Positions 1 through 8,290 of a DNA stretch of 57,102 bases are shown here, piece after piece. The translations under genes were made by a program, and so were the position numbers. Origin of the DNA: an uncultured virus (IMG/VR IMGVR_UViG_2049941000_000836) (lineage: Duplodnaviria; Heunggongvirae; Uroviricota; Caudoviricetes); the IMG/VR virus record IMGVR_UViG_2049941000_000836; one strand, given 5' to 3'. Numbering within the stretch: position 1 is the stretch's first letter; every line of letters begins with the position of its first letter. The notes under the pieces are model-generated. The model worked only from the letters and a program-made list of their open reading frames with translations, made no database searches and was not told the DNA's origin.

Positions 1-16
1 TTTTGTCCGTTGGGCG

Positions 17-389
17 GTGACAAGGTTCAATTGCAAGGACGAAAAGTCTGCCAAGCAGTATGTCCGCAATTATCTGAAAGACAACATAGAACGCCATCTC
101 AGCGCGTGGACAATTCACACAAGGGCGTTTGCGCTGGCTTGCGCTTTCCAATGTCCTGTGCGTGATTTCGGCGTGGAACTGCCCAAGCGGGAACGGAAGC
201 ACATTGTCCGTTCCAGACTTCACACCAAGACAGACGAACAGACAAAGGCTGACAAGTATGAGCGTGTCAGGGAATTTGCCAGAGCAACAGGCGCAAGGCG
301 CGGAGGATTGATGCGGCTGAGAGCCTGCGATCTGCGGGAACGCGAAGGCGGCGGTCTGGAAGTGCATTTGTTGGAGAAAGGCGGGAAGC
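17..389 (+). CDS. Fragment of a tyrosine recombinase/integrase-like protein (host flank, cut by the window edge and a gap)
   Basis: ATGARRGGLMRL..DL resembles the box I TGxRxxEL motif, followed by a ...EKGGK catalytic Lys hairpin; partial. Confidence 0.5.
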
Positions 390-1415
390 ANNNNNNNNNN
401 CTCATGGGCGCATTCGTCGTGAAGCAACTGCATGGTTTCCTCTGAATAATGGCTGTTGGCTGCGACCGCATGACAGAGTTTGGCTTGCTCAACCGCCAGC
501 CGNNNNNNNNNNNNNNNNNNNNNNNNNNNNNNNNNNNNNNNNNNNNNNNNNNNNNNNNNNNNNNNNNNNNNNNNNNNNNNNNNNNNNNNNNNNNNNNNNN
601 NNNNNNNNNNNNNNNNNNNNNNNNNNNNNNNNNNNNNNNNNNNNNNNNNNNNNNNNNNNNNNNNNNNNNNNNNNNNNNNNNNNNNNNNNNNNNNNNNNNN
701 NNNNNNNNNNNNNNNNNNNNNNNNNNNNNNNNNNNNNNNNNNNNNNNNNNNNNNNNNNNNNNNNNNNNNNNNNNNNNNNNNNNNNNNNNNNNNNNNNNNN
801 NNNNNNNNNNNNNNNNNNNNNNNNNNNNNNNNNNNNNNNNNNNNNNNNNNNNNNNNNNNNNNNNNNNNNNNNNNNNNNNNNNNNNNNNNNNNNNNNNNNN
901 NNNNNNNNNNNNNNNNNNNNNNNNNNNNNNNNNNNNNNNNNNNNNNNNNNNNNNNNNNNNNNNNNNNNNNNNNNNNNNNNNNNNNNNNNNNNNNNNNNNN
1001 NNNNNNNNNNNNNNNNNNNNNNNNNNNNNNNNNNNNNNNNNNNNNNNNNNNNNNNNNNNNNNNNNNNNNNNNNNNNNNNNNNNNNNNNNNNNNNNNNNNN
1101 NNNNNNNNNNNNNNNNNNNNNNNNNNNNNNNNNNNNNNNNNNNNNNNNNNNNNNNNNNNNNNNNNNNNNNNNNNNNNNNNNNNNNNNNNNNNNNNNNNNN
1201 NNNNNNNNNNNNNNNNNNNNNNNNNNNNNNNNNNNNNNNNNNNNNNNNNNNNNNNNNNNNNNNNNNNNNNNNNNNNNNNNNNNNNNNNNNNNNNNNNNNN
1301 NNNNNNACGGGCAAAGGCGACCAGCCGATGACCTGCCGGATGCGTAGCTTGCTCTCTCCCCAAAGGAGAGAAAAATTGATGAATCGTACCCTTATCTCGA
1401 ATGTGAAAAAACGCT

Positions 1416-1539
1416 TTAACGATTCAGCCCCTGACGCTCGTGAAAATAATCAATTGCGTCCTGAATCGGGCGGATGGTGTAACGCAGATTTCCATTGTGG
1501 GTGCGACCGTCTTTTGTATGGATTCTGGTCGGTTCGGTG
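1416..1539 (-). pseudogene. 3' fragment of a host HTH-domain gene (TEPTRIHTKDGRTHNGNLRYTIRPIQDAIDYFHERQGLNR*)
   Basis: Manual translation; paralogous to 54536-54679; 5' part lost in a gap. Confidence 0.45.
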
Positions 1540-1553
1540 NNNNNNNNNNATAA

Positions 1554-1578
1554 ATGGAACCACATAAGATGTCACTAA
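1554..1578. other. Left attachment site: AT core plus attP arm GGAACCACATAAGATGTCACTAA
   Basis: Imperfect inverted repeat of 54434-54458 (TTAsTGACATCwTA) at the same distance from an AT core; only about 4 host bases are visible before the gap. Confidence 0.8.
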
Positions 1579-1626
1579 TCGATTTTGCCCCAAAAAAGAA
1601 CATGATCGCTTTTTTCCTTTTCCAGC

Positions 1627-1667
1627 TTATTTAATTAATGTGTTCGTAAGAACACTTAATTAAATAA
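1627..1667. repeat. AT-rich inverted repeat TTATTTAATTAA-T-GTGTTC-gtaa-GAACAC-TTAATTAAATAA
   Basis: 18-bp stem with one bulge, read directly. Confidence 0.85.
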
Positions 1668-1668
1668 A

Positions 1669-1722
1669 TAACCTTAACAATAACCCTAACCCTAACAATA
1701 ACCTTAACAATAACAATAACAA
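1669..1722. repeat. Nine tandem TAACNN hexamers
   Basis: taacct taacaa taaccc taaccc taacaa taacct taacaa taacaa taacaa. Confidence 0.9.
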
Positions 1723-1731
1723 TAAGCTGGT

Positions 1732-1871
1732 TTTGCCGAGCTTTGCCGACTTTTGCCGAAACGATTTCGGCAAATTCGGCAATTGCCGGTTTTGCCGGTT
1801 TGCACGGAGTCTGCTTCTTTTTCAGCAAGTGTCGGCATTTGCCGTTTTTGCCGACTTTTGCCGACACTTGC
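1732..1871. promoter_or_regulatory. Iteron-like TTTGCCG array, putative phage replication origin
   Basis: About 10 (T)TTGCCG copies in both orientations, several at ~10-bp spacing; 13-bp inverted repeat at 1825-1837/1859-1871. Confidence 0.6.
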
Positions 1872-1920
1872 CTACTTAAACAATGCTTAAATTCCTACAG
1901 CTGGAAAACCTGCAAGTCGT

Positions 1921-2154
1921 TTATGCGACCACCGCCTTTGGTGCTGTGGCTTCAATGCCACCGACGAATCCCTGCTTTTCGTAGGCTCTTGCCAGTCTGC
2001 CGATTGCATTGTCCATCTGGAAGAACAGCTCCGGGTCTTTTTCTTTCAGCGTGTCGAGCAGTCTGCTGATGTTCTGCTCTGCCGCAGTGGTTTCGGGCAG
2101 CTCCTCGATGTTGTCCTCTGCCATTCTGTAAAGTCTCTCGTAATTGTAATCCAT
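1921..2154 (-). CDS. Small helical hypothetical protein (77 aa)
   Basis: AAGGAG RBS; lies downstream of the RHH gene. Confidence 0.75.
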   Translation of the reverse strand: MDYNYERLYRMAEDNIEELPETTAAEQNISRLLDTLKEKDPELFFQMDNAIGRLARAYEKQGFVGGIEATAPKAVVA

Positions 2155-2188
2155 TCTAAAAACTCCTTATCGAAAATGTAAAAAGGTC

Positions 2189-2217
2189 TTGATTTTCCCA
2201 ACAAAAAGTGATAGAAT
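2189..2217 (+). promoter_or_regulatory. Sigma-A promoter for a counter-transcript
   Basis: TTGATT-17-TAGAAT with extended -10 TG. Confidence 0.7.
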
Positions 2218-2223
2218 AGATTT

Positions 2224-2312
2224 ATCACCTGTGTTGAGGCTTACTCAGTGGGTGGGACTACGGTGCGTTCCGGTCTTGCAAGTATGGAAGCGTACCGTGG
2301 TCTTTTTATTTT
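2224..2312 (+). ncRNA. Putative ~90-nt antisense RNA
   Basis: Promoter directly upstream; ends in hairpin GACTACGGTGCGTTCC/GGAAGCGTACCGTGGTC plus T-run; antisense to the RHH-to-77aa intergenic region. Confidence 0.55.
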
Positions 2313-2482
2313 CCTTCCAGCAACAGCTTCACTCCTCGGCGTATGGCTTCTCCTTTTGAAATATTGTGCTTCTCACAATATGCTCGGAGCTTCAGCTCTG
2401 TATCAATATCGAGCCTTACACCATATTCAACGCATTTGGGGTTAGTGGCTTTCGGACGTCCCATCTTCTTTTTCTGCTCCAA
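2306..2482 (-). CDS. CopG/ribbon-helix-helix transcriptional regulator
   Basis: MGRPK...YGVRLD....KLRAYCEKHNISKGEAIRRGV; TTG start after AGGAGGTG. Confidence 0.85.
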   Translation of the reverse strand: MEQKKKMGRPKATNPKCVEYGVRLDIDTELKLRAYCEKHNISKGEAIRRGVKLLLEGK

Positions 2483-2502
2483 TTTGTCACCTCCTATAAC
2501 CA

Positions 2503-2531
2503 ATTATAGTTGATGTGGCGGAAAAAGTCAA
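2503..2531 (-). promoter_or_regulatory. Sigma-A promoter of the RHH operon
   Basis: TTGACT-17-TATAAT. Confidence 0.8.
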
Positions 2532-2584
2532 TGATTATTTTTGGAGAACATTTAATAACTTTTTCATAATAAGTGAAAAAAGTC

Positions 2585-2613
2585 TTGACTGCTGCTCTTT
2601 TTCGTGGTAGAAT
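2585..2613 (+). promoter_or_regulatory. Sigma-A promoter of the moron gene
   Basis: TTGACT-17-TAGAAT. Confidence 0.7.
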
Positions 2614-2647
2614 ATTACAAAATCACAGGAAAAGAAGGAATGTTTTT

Positions 2648-3214
2648 ATGGGTATTTTCGGGAAGAAGCAGGAATGGATTGACCCGGCTGAATACACTAT
2701 AAACGAGAAGTCCAAGACAAAGGCTCCGTCATCAATACTCTCTGAATGTGTCTATGACAAAAACGCTTTGGCGGCTCTTTGCTCTTTGGTATGTCCGTCT
2801 GTACCGCCGACTCGTGAGAATCTGAAAGTGATCGCTACCTCTGCTGCTCAAATGTGTACTGAGGTCTTGAAGCATGGCAATAAGTTCTATGCCGCTGCTC
2901 TGTCAACAAGCGACCCAAAGAAATTTTTTATGAACATGGAAGTTGTCCGGCGTGATGTGGCTCTGGTTCGTAACATTCAGGCGTATTTTTCTTACGGTTT
3001 CTATGTGCCGAATACTTGTATGTACGTTGATGATCGTTTCCAGATTGAAGTCCGTCATCTGGTGGATCGTGCTTACGCTGCTCTGGCTGATGCGAAGAAT
3101 CCGGCGAAGCTGGCTGAAAAGCATATCGCCGTCTACATGGAGCATTTCGCCGAACTTGATGACAAGTCGAAGGAGAAAATCTCCAAGAAATACAAGAAGT
3201 ACATGGAGCAGTAA
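2648..3214 (+). CDS. Moron-like hypothetical protein (188 aa)
   Basis: Own promoter and downstream hairpin; opposite strand to lytic genes; start reassigned to MGIFGKK. Confidence 0.75.
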   Translation: MGIFGKKQEWIDPAEYTINEKSKTKAPSSILSECVYDKNALAALCSLVCPSVPPTRENLKVIATSAAQMCTEVLKHGNKFYAAALSTSDPKKFFMNMEVVRRDVALVRNIQAYFSYGFYVPNTCMYVDDRFQIEVRHLVDRAYAALADAKNPAKLAEKHIAVYMEHFAELDDKSKEKISKKYKKYMEQ

Positions 3215-3246
3215 CCCGTTTCGGGACACACGTTTTTGAATGCATA

Positions 3247-3285
3247 CCTCTCAGACGCTTTCAGTGACGTTCTGAGAGGCTTTTG
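3247..3285 (+). terminator. Hairpin between convergent transcription units
   Basis: CCTCTCAGACG...CGTTCTGAGAGG followed by CTTTTG. Confidence 0.6.
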
Positions 3286-3379
3286 TATGCATGGGTATCT
3301 TTTCCTTGCCTAAGACCAAAAATCGCTCCTGCGCCTACTCACGCCAAAATCTGCCCTATATTACGGTGGAGCTTGCAAA

Positions 3380-3946
3380 TCATCCTTTCCAGAAGTCCTT
3401 GTTGAACGTATCGGAATAGGCTGCTGTCTCATTCCAGTCATCGTACCTGACCTTTTCTCTTTGCCCTCGACACTCGAAGATCAAATTGGGTCTGGCAAGA
3501 TCGCCGTCTCCCGATCTGAGTCTGGTGCCGCATACCCACCACTTCGCAAAATTCTCCCGTGGATATGCGCTCTCCCGTATGTAGAAGCGACGTGTTTCGG
3601 GTGATCGGAAAATCTGGTTTCCAGTTCCTGTCTCGATGGCGACAAATTCAACGTGGATTACCCTTTCAGGATTTCGCTCCGGGTCGTTGTAGTAGTCGTT
3701 CTCGGAAAGGTTGACGAACCATTCCTCAACAAACTTATCGAATCGGATTCTTATATGCTCCCTGATGTAATCCTCTCCGAGCCTGTTGTATTTTTCCCGT
3801 TCCATGAAGTTGATCGCCTGATGTCCGTCGGCATCCTCGACTATCAGCTTTATTCGACCGTCGAGGATTCCAGGGTCGTAGCTTGAAATGTCTTCCGGGG
3901 TCGGAGTTGTAAACGTGACCGTAAGCTGCTGATCGTTGCTACTCAC
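3380..3946 (-). CDS. Hypothetical phage protein (188 aa)
   Basis: Overlaps the upstream gene; last gene of the accessory operon. Confidence 0.7.
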   Translation of the reverse strand: MSSNDQQLTVTFTTPTPEDISSYDPGILDGRIKLIVEDADGHQAINFMEREKYNRLGEDYIREHIRIRFDKFVEEWFVNLSENDYYNDPERNPERVIHVEFVAIETGTGNQIFRSPETRRFYIRESAYPRENFAKWWVCGTRLRSGDGDLARPNLIFECRGQREKVRYDDWNETAAYSDTFNKDFWKG

Positions 3947-4169
3947 TGACTTCCGCTCCCTTCACGCTTTCCGCAGGAATGCTAGCCTCATTGTAGGCAG
4001 ATATTCCTTGTTTGATCTTTTCAGAACATCTCTCAACGAGCTTCTCACGGTTAATCTGACCGACGATCTCATTGGTAATCTCGTAGATCGTGTCATCTGA
4101 AAAGTCCTGATTCTGCATATCCTTGATTGCAAGGCTGAGCAGGTACTTGTAAATGTCTGCTTTTGTCAT
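3939..4169 (-). CDS. Hypothetical protein
   Basis: GGAGG RBS, operon context. Confidence 0.65.
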   Translation of the reverse strand: MTKADIYKYLLSLAIKDMQNQDFSDDTIYEITNEIVGQINREKLVERCSEKIKQGISAYNEASIPAESVKGAEVSE

Positions 4170-4172
4170 TTC

Positions 4173-4397
4173 TTATATCCTCCGAATCGTTTCAGGATGT
4201 GTTCTAAACGCTTCATTTGCGTTTCTGTATCTGGAAAAACGCAAAATGAAGCGTTTTTTGTATGATAGGGTGTTTACAGAAGTGGTTTCTCTAAAAAAAC
4301 AGGCGTTTTTTAACTTGCCTATAACTTGCAGAATGGAACTGTAAAGCCTTGCAAATGCCTGTTTTGCGCTGTCTGGTTTCTTGCTGGTAACTTGCAC
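4173..4397 (-). CDS. Possible hypothetical protein
   Basis: Fills the operon gap; weak start signal. Confidence 0.3.
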   Translation of the reverse strand: MQVTSKKPDSAKQAFARLYSSILQVIGKLKNACFFRETTSVNTLSYKKRFILRFSRYRNANEAFRTHPETIRRI

Positions 4398-4401
4398 AGG
4401 C

Positions 4402-4716
4402 TCAGGCGTAAACCGGGTCTGTACCTCTCTCTGTATTCTCTCCGGCGAAGCAGTGTCCGCAGTAACGCCATATGCCCTCTCTCCAATTACCTTTACAGCA
4501 GCGGAACGTAGCGAACGTCGGTCGCCATTTTCCCGTATCAGGGTCTTGTCTATGGGAATAAGGCTCTCCCATCTGAGCGCATGACATCTTCATGCAAGCC
4601 GGAGGCAAGCAGTCCATAGCCTCCATAACAACATCGGAGTCAACGTAGTCGCCAATCTGGATTGTCTGGTAGCTGAAAGTCTCCTGAGTAAATACCTCTT
4701 TGCCGTTGTAGATCAT
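4402..4716 (-). CDS. Cys-containing phage hypothetical protein
   Basis: ATGA coupling with upstream gene; GEPYSH and YCGHC motifs. Confidence 0.7.
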   Translation of the reverse strand: MIYNGKEVFTQETFSYQTIQIGDYVDSDVVMEAMDCLPPACMKMSCAQMGEPYSHRQDPDTGKWRPTFATFRCCKGNWREGIWRYCGHCFAGENTERGTDPVYA

Positions 4717-5033
4717 TCTTCATACCTCCTCTCTGCTTTCTCGATTTCAAGCTCCATGATATTGTCGATGATTTTCTGTACGCCGTCGCTGATGTGGTAC
4801 AGGTCATCGTACTTATGGAACATCGTGGCATGGACGAATTTTGCGTCCGGGGTTTTGCTGGCGTAACCGGCTACCATTGTGCCGAAGTATTTCTCTCCCG
4901 GCTTGATAAGCTCCGGCACATCACCGAAGTTGGTGATGTATTCGCCGTTGCAGTATACGTGAGCCTCCTGCTGAGTGACGCTCGTGCGTACTCGCCTTAC
5001 CTCGAATGTGAGTGTGATCGGGTTCTTCTTCAT
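4713..5033 (-). CDS. Hypothetical protein
   Basis: GGGAGG RBS before MKKNPITL. Confidence 0.7.
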   Translation of the reverse strand: MKKNPITLTFEVRRVRTSVTQQEAHVYCNGEYITNFGDVPELIKPGEKYFGTMVAGYASKTPDAKFVHATMFHKYDDLYHISDGVQKIIDNIMELEIEKAERRYEE

Positions 5034-5035
5034 AC

Positions 5036-5476
5036 TTATGCCTGACCTCCCATGATTCTCTCCATAGCCATACACAGCCCGTGGTACAGCCTCTCGTCCG
5101 AGGCAATGTCTTTGCGGCTCAATCCGAGAGCCATGAGCGTATCGGACTCGTCGCCGGTGTAGCCGTACTCATGGTTTTCAAGCTCGTAGAGGAACATATC
5201 ATAGATGAATCCTGAGCCGTCCGTGTCTGCCTCGATAGCCTCTTTCAGCTCACGGTCGTGGCGATTTACAGTCTCGGTGATAATCTGCTCATCCTTTTTC
5301 TGGACGAATCCTCCGGCAGGAATCCGGGCAATCTTATCGAGATCCTTTTCCGGGTCGAGTCCCCATCCCACCATCATTTCTTCGAACTGCTTGTTTGAGA
5401 ACGCAAATGCTATCGGCAAAGCGTTCATTTCATGCTGCTGTCTCTTGGACAGCTCGACGTACTTGTTGTTGCTCAT
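5036..5476 (-). CDS. Phage hypothetical protein (FAFSxxQF, YELxNHEY motifs)
   Basis: AGGAGG RBS before MSNNKY. Confidence 0.75.
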   Translation of the reverse strand: MSNNKYVELSKRQQHEMNALPIAFAFSNKQFEEMMVGWGLDPEKDLDKIARIPAGGFVQKKDEQIITETVNRHDRELKEAIEADTDGSGFIYDMFLYELENHEYGYTGDESDTLMALGLSRKDIASDERLYHGLCMAMERIMGGQA

Positions 5477-5489
5477 GGTGTAAAACCTC

Positions 5490-5696
5490 CTACTTAAATT
5501 CTGGCATGGTGCCAATGATCTTCTTTATGCGCTCCTCGCTTACCCTGTAGGGCTTTGAGCGAAATGTGTTGTCTTGCATGATCTTTGAGTAGACCATGCG
5601 TGGCAGCTCGAACAGTGCCACGCATTCCGGGTAGAGCCTGACGGCTATGCGTCGTACCTCGCACTCGATCTCCTCAGTCCTCGTAATCTTCTTCAT
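5490..5696 (-). CDS. Hypothetical protein
   Basis: Operon context; start MKKITR. Confidence 0.6.
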   Translation of the reverse strand: MKKITRTEEIECEVRRIAVRLYPECVALFELPRMVYSKIMQDNTFRSKPYRVSEERIKKIIGTMPEFK

Positions 5697-5892
5697 CGTC
5701 TTCCGGCTCAGCCTCCTCGAAGCTACGATCATCAATATTGCCGTAGGTGTAGCCGTTGTCATTCTTAAGGAAGACCGGCATATCTTCGTCAAACTGACTC
5801 AGGTATTCGATGAGATCGCCTACCGTCATCGTTCTTCCGCAAGAATCGGGTGAGTACCCGCTTCTTCTACCTTCGATAAATAATGCTGCCAT
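5674..5892 (-). CDS. Small acidic protein (MTVGDLIEYLSQFDEDMPV motif)
   Basis: GGAGG RBS; strongly acidic C-terminus. Confidence 0.75.
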   Translation of the reverse strand: MAALFIEGRRSGYSPDSCGRTMTVGDLIEYLSQFDEDMPVFLKNDNGYTYGNIDDRSFEEAEPEDDEEDYED

Positions 5893-5918
5893 TTTTACTA
5901 CCTCCGAAAAGATTATTC

Positions 5919-5946
5919 AGCGCGGTATTGCCGCCGCGCTATCGGC
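5919..5946 (-). ncRNA. H-type pseudoknot leader element, copy C
   Basis: GCCG-AT-AGCGCGG-CGGC-AATA-CCGCGCT. Confidence 0.6.
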
Positions 5947-5957
5947 TTTACTGTGAA

Positions 5958-6176
5958 CTACTTGTTGAGGTACGCAAGAGCGAGGCGCAAGCCGTTGGAC
6001 TTTTTGGCTCTCGTTGCGATTACTTCACCGTCAACAACGACATGAACATAAGAGCTTCTATCACAGCCGCAGATCGCTATCCGGTGACCTTCAAAGTCGT
6101 ATGCCTCGTCGCCGACGGCGTAGCAGCTGATTTTGGTTGCTTTCTCCATGAGGTCTTTCATCGTGTACATATTCAT
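5958..6176 (-). CDS. Hypothetical protein
   Basis: AAAGGA RBS. Confidence 0.65.
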   Translation of the reverse strand: MNMYTMKDLMEKATKISCYAVGDEAYDFEGHRIAICGCDRSSYVHVVVDGEVIATRAKKSNGLRLALAYLNK

Positions 6177-6240
6177 ACTTCCTTTCATGCCATCGTAACC
6201 TCCGTGGCGGGATGAGGTTATCTGTTCATGATCTCCTGAG

Positions 6241-6441
6241 TTACTTTGTCAGCGTGACTTTCCATCCGTTGCTTGCGAACGTCTTGATCTTGGAGCCGTT
6301 GAAGATGAGCGTCAGGTATTCGGGTACTCCGTATGCCTTTGTCTTTCCAGTGGATTCGAGCTTCATGATGTTGTCTCTGATTCCCTTGATCTTGAGTTCG
6401 AATGTGACGTTGCCGTTTGTTACCTTTGCGATTCCGTTCAT
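6241..6441 (-). CDS. Hypothetical protein, first gene after promoter 6499-6527
   Basis: GGAGG RBS. Confidence 0.7.
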   Translation of the reverse strand: MNGIAKVTNGNVTFELKIKGIRDNIMKLESTGKTKAYGVPEYLTLIFNGSKIKTFASNGWKVTLTK

Positions 6442-6498
6442 ATTGCTTACCTCCGTGATTTGCTCTGTTTTGGGTCGTTGTCTCTTGCTTACACTCTA

Positions 6499-6527
6499 AT
6501 TATAGTCCCTATTTGGGGCAATGTCAA
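6499..6527 (-). promoter_or_regulatory. Perfect-consensus sigma-A promoter with an operator in the spacer
   Basis: TTGACA-TTGCCCCAAATAGGGAC-TATAAT; identical to 9144-9172. Confidence 0.9.
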
Positions 6528-6627
6528 GTATTTTTTGGATTTTTTGATAATTTTTTTGGAAATTTTCACAATCAGTATAAAAAATGACGCAAATCGGGGC
6601 TTTCACGGAGGTAACTTTTTTTCGGAA

Positions 6628-7014
6628 TTATGCGTTCCTGCTCTCAGCGACGTGCTGTTCTGCTGCTTCACGGGTCTCGAAGTAGTCGATATCTATATCG
6701 CGCCTCCGAGTGCTTCTATATACCTGCTCCGGCTTGCTGTAGTGCTGCTCTGTACCGACGATTGCCGAGGAGATATGCCCTTTGTCGTCAATACTGGTCG
6801 ATACCACCCAATAAGTCTTAAAGCCTCCGGGTACGAGATCGTAGTCGTTCATTTCCTCCGGTGTAAGCTCTCTGTCGTAGTCGATATGACCCCATGCTTC
6901 GCACCCGGCTTCATCGACGTAGCTCTTGTAGTCGTAGTTGGTGATCTCCTGTACGCCCTCTCTGGGATATGTACCAGGTGCTATTGGGCGTAGTCTGCTG
7001 TAGTATCTGTTCAT
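6628..7014 (-). CDS. DarA C-terminal-like domain protein (defence-against-restriction related)
   Basis: YYSRLRPIAPGTYP...WGHIDYDRELTPEEMNDYDLVP resembles the DarA_C pattern as recalled. Confidence 0.6.
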   Translation of the reverse strand: MNRYYSRLRPIAPGTYPREGVQEITNYDYKSYVDEAGCEAWGHIDYDRELTPEEMNDYDLVPGGFKTYWVVSTSIDDKGHISSAIVGTEQHYSKPEQVYRSTRRRDIDIDYFETREAAEQHVAESRNA

Positions 7015-7027
7015 CCTCTTTACCTCC

Positions 7028-7462
7028 TTATGCTGTCGTGCTGCGGAACACAGCGTCGTAAACGTCGCCAGAAACGAGTATCGCGTATCTGTCGTACTCA
7101 GTGTATTTCATGCCATCCTGCTTTGATTCCGGTTTCCACCCGTGCTTCTTTGCCTCTGCTCTGAATCTCCGCTCTGCATTGGCACAATTGACCGCTCTGT
7201 ACCATGTTACGAAATGCTGACCGCCAATCTCGAAATAGAAGCCGTAATGATTGATCTGCTTACCGCGCACTCCGCTCGGTTTGATCGTTTCGGTCGGAAC
7301 ATACACCTCAATGGTTTTGTCATCCTTGCAGTAAGAGCCTCCGACCGTCTTGTATTCGCTGTACTGCTTCTTGTACTTCCAGTAGGGCATCCTGACCACA
7401 GTGTAGTCAATATCGGGAGCGTCGCTGTATTTACCGTATCTGTAGACAACTTCTATATCCAT
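7028..7462 (-). CDS. Hypothetical protein
   Basis: RBS and operon context. Confidence 0.7.
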   Translation of the reverse strand: MDIEVVYRYGKYSDAPDIDYTVVRMPYWKYKKQYSEYKTVGGSYCKDDKTIEVYVPTETIKPSGVRGKQINHYGFYFEIGGQHFVTWYRAVNCANAERRFRAEAKKHGWKPESKQDGMKYTEYDRYAILVSGDVYDAVFRSTTA

Positions 7463-7478
7463 AGTAGCCTCGCTTTCT

Positions 7479-7505
7479 GCGGAGGATATACCGCCTCCGC
7501 TCGGT
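7479..7505 (-). ncRNA. H-type pseudoknot leader element, copy B
   Basis: ACCG-A-GCGGAGG-CGGT-ATAT-CCTCCGC. Confidence 0.65.
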
Positions 7506-7516
7506 ATGTTGTTTGT

Positions 7517-7828
7517 TTACAGTTGAAATGCTATCGCTGCTTCACGCTCGGATGACCCGGCTGCAAGGCTTCTATTGTAGCGGATGAACTGACGTTCCAC
7601 CTGAATCTCTCGTACTCTTTTCAGCGTCTCCCAGTCAACCAAAGCTCCTACACAGTACGCTTTTTCCATCAGGCTTTCTACCTCTTCGATTCTGTCCTCG
7701 ATGGTATCGTCCCACTCGATTTCGCCCTCTTCCATCTGGACTTCCAGTGCTTTCAAGTGATCGTACATCGACCACAGATTGAAGTGTTCACTCTCGTTTA
7801 CTCTGTACTTCTTCTTCGGCTTATTCAT
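7517..7828 (-). CDS. Hypothetical protein
   Basis: AAGGAG RBS. Confidence 0.7.
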   Translation of the reverse strand: MNKPKKKYRVNESEHFNLWSMYDHLKALEVQMEEGEIEWDDTIEDRIEEVESLMEKAYCVGALVDWETLKRVREIQVERQFIRYNRSLAAGSSEREAAIAFQL

Positions 7829-8003
7829 CGTAAAGCTCCTTTNNNNNNNNNNNNNNNNNNNNNNNNNNNNNNNNNNNNNNNNNNNNNNNNNNNNNNNNNN
7901 NNNNNNNNNNNNNNNNNNNNNNNNNNNNNNNNNNNNNNNNNNNNNNNNNNNNNNNNNNNNNNNNNNNNNNNNNNNNNNNNNNNNNNNNNNNNNNAAAGCT
8001 CCT

Positions 8004-8273
8004 TTATTTATATAATTTGTACGCTCTATTATCTACGCTAAAGGCTATGTTAATCGGCGTAATTTTTGTGTTGGCTGTCACATCATTGTCGTTATGATCT
8101 GTCATTAAAACCAGCGTATCAATATGTTTTACTACCTCTACCGCGATCTGCTCTACTTCCAAAAAGCAGTATTCATCGAATGTGTTGTTGTCGTGATACC
8201 AACGTGCTAAACAGGTTATAAAGCTGTCTAACAGCGTCCTGTTAATCTCGTACTTATCTTCATAAATATCCAT
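8004..8273 (-). CDS. Hypothetical protein (AT-rich)
   Basis: AAAGGA RBS. Confidence 0.55.
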   Translation of the reverse strand: MDIYEDKYEINRTLLDSFITCLARWYHDNNTFDEYCFLEVEQIAVEVVKHIDTLVLMTDHNDNDVTANTKITPINIAFSVDNRAYKLYK

Positions 8274-8290
8274 GTTCGTAAATCCTTTCT

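Noticed and set aside
449..1331. Long ORFs spanning N-runs (also 56120-56960)
   Set aside because: Artefacts of translating gaps
1642..1653. Possible LexA/DinR box
   Set aside because: Reads GTTC-N4-GAAC, the reverse arrangement of the Firmicute GAAC-N4-GTTC box
1681..1695. TAACCC repeats resembling vertebrate telomere DNA
   Set aside because: Only about 2.5 copies inside a degenerate TAACNN array; better explained as part of the origin
1631..1867. 78-aa ORF with an IVIVIVKV run
   Set aside because: Translation of the iteron and hexamer repeats; no RBS
7832..8005. AAAGCTCCTTT on both sides of a gap (possible target-site duplication)
   Set aside because: Cannot be told apart from contig overlap or two similar RBS regions; the intervening sequence is unknown
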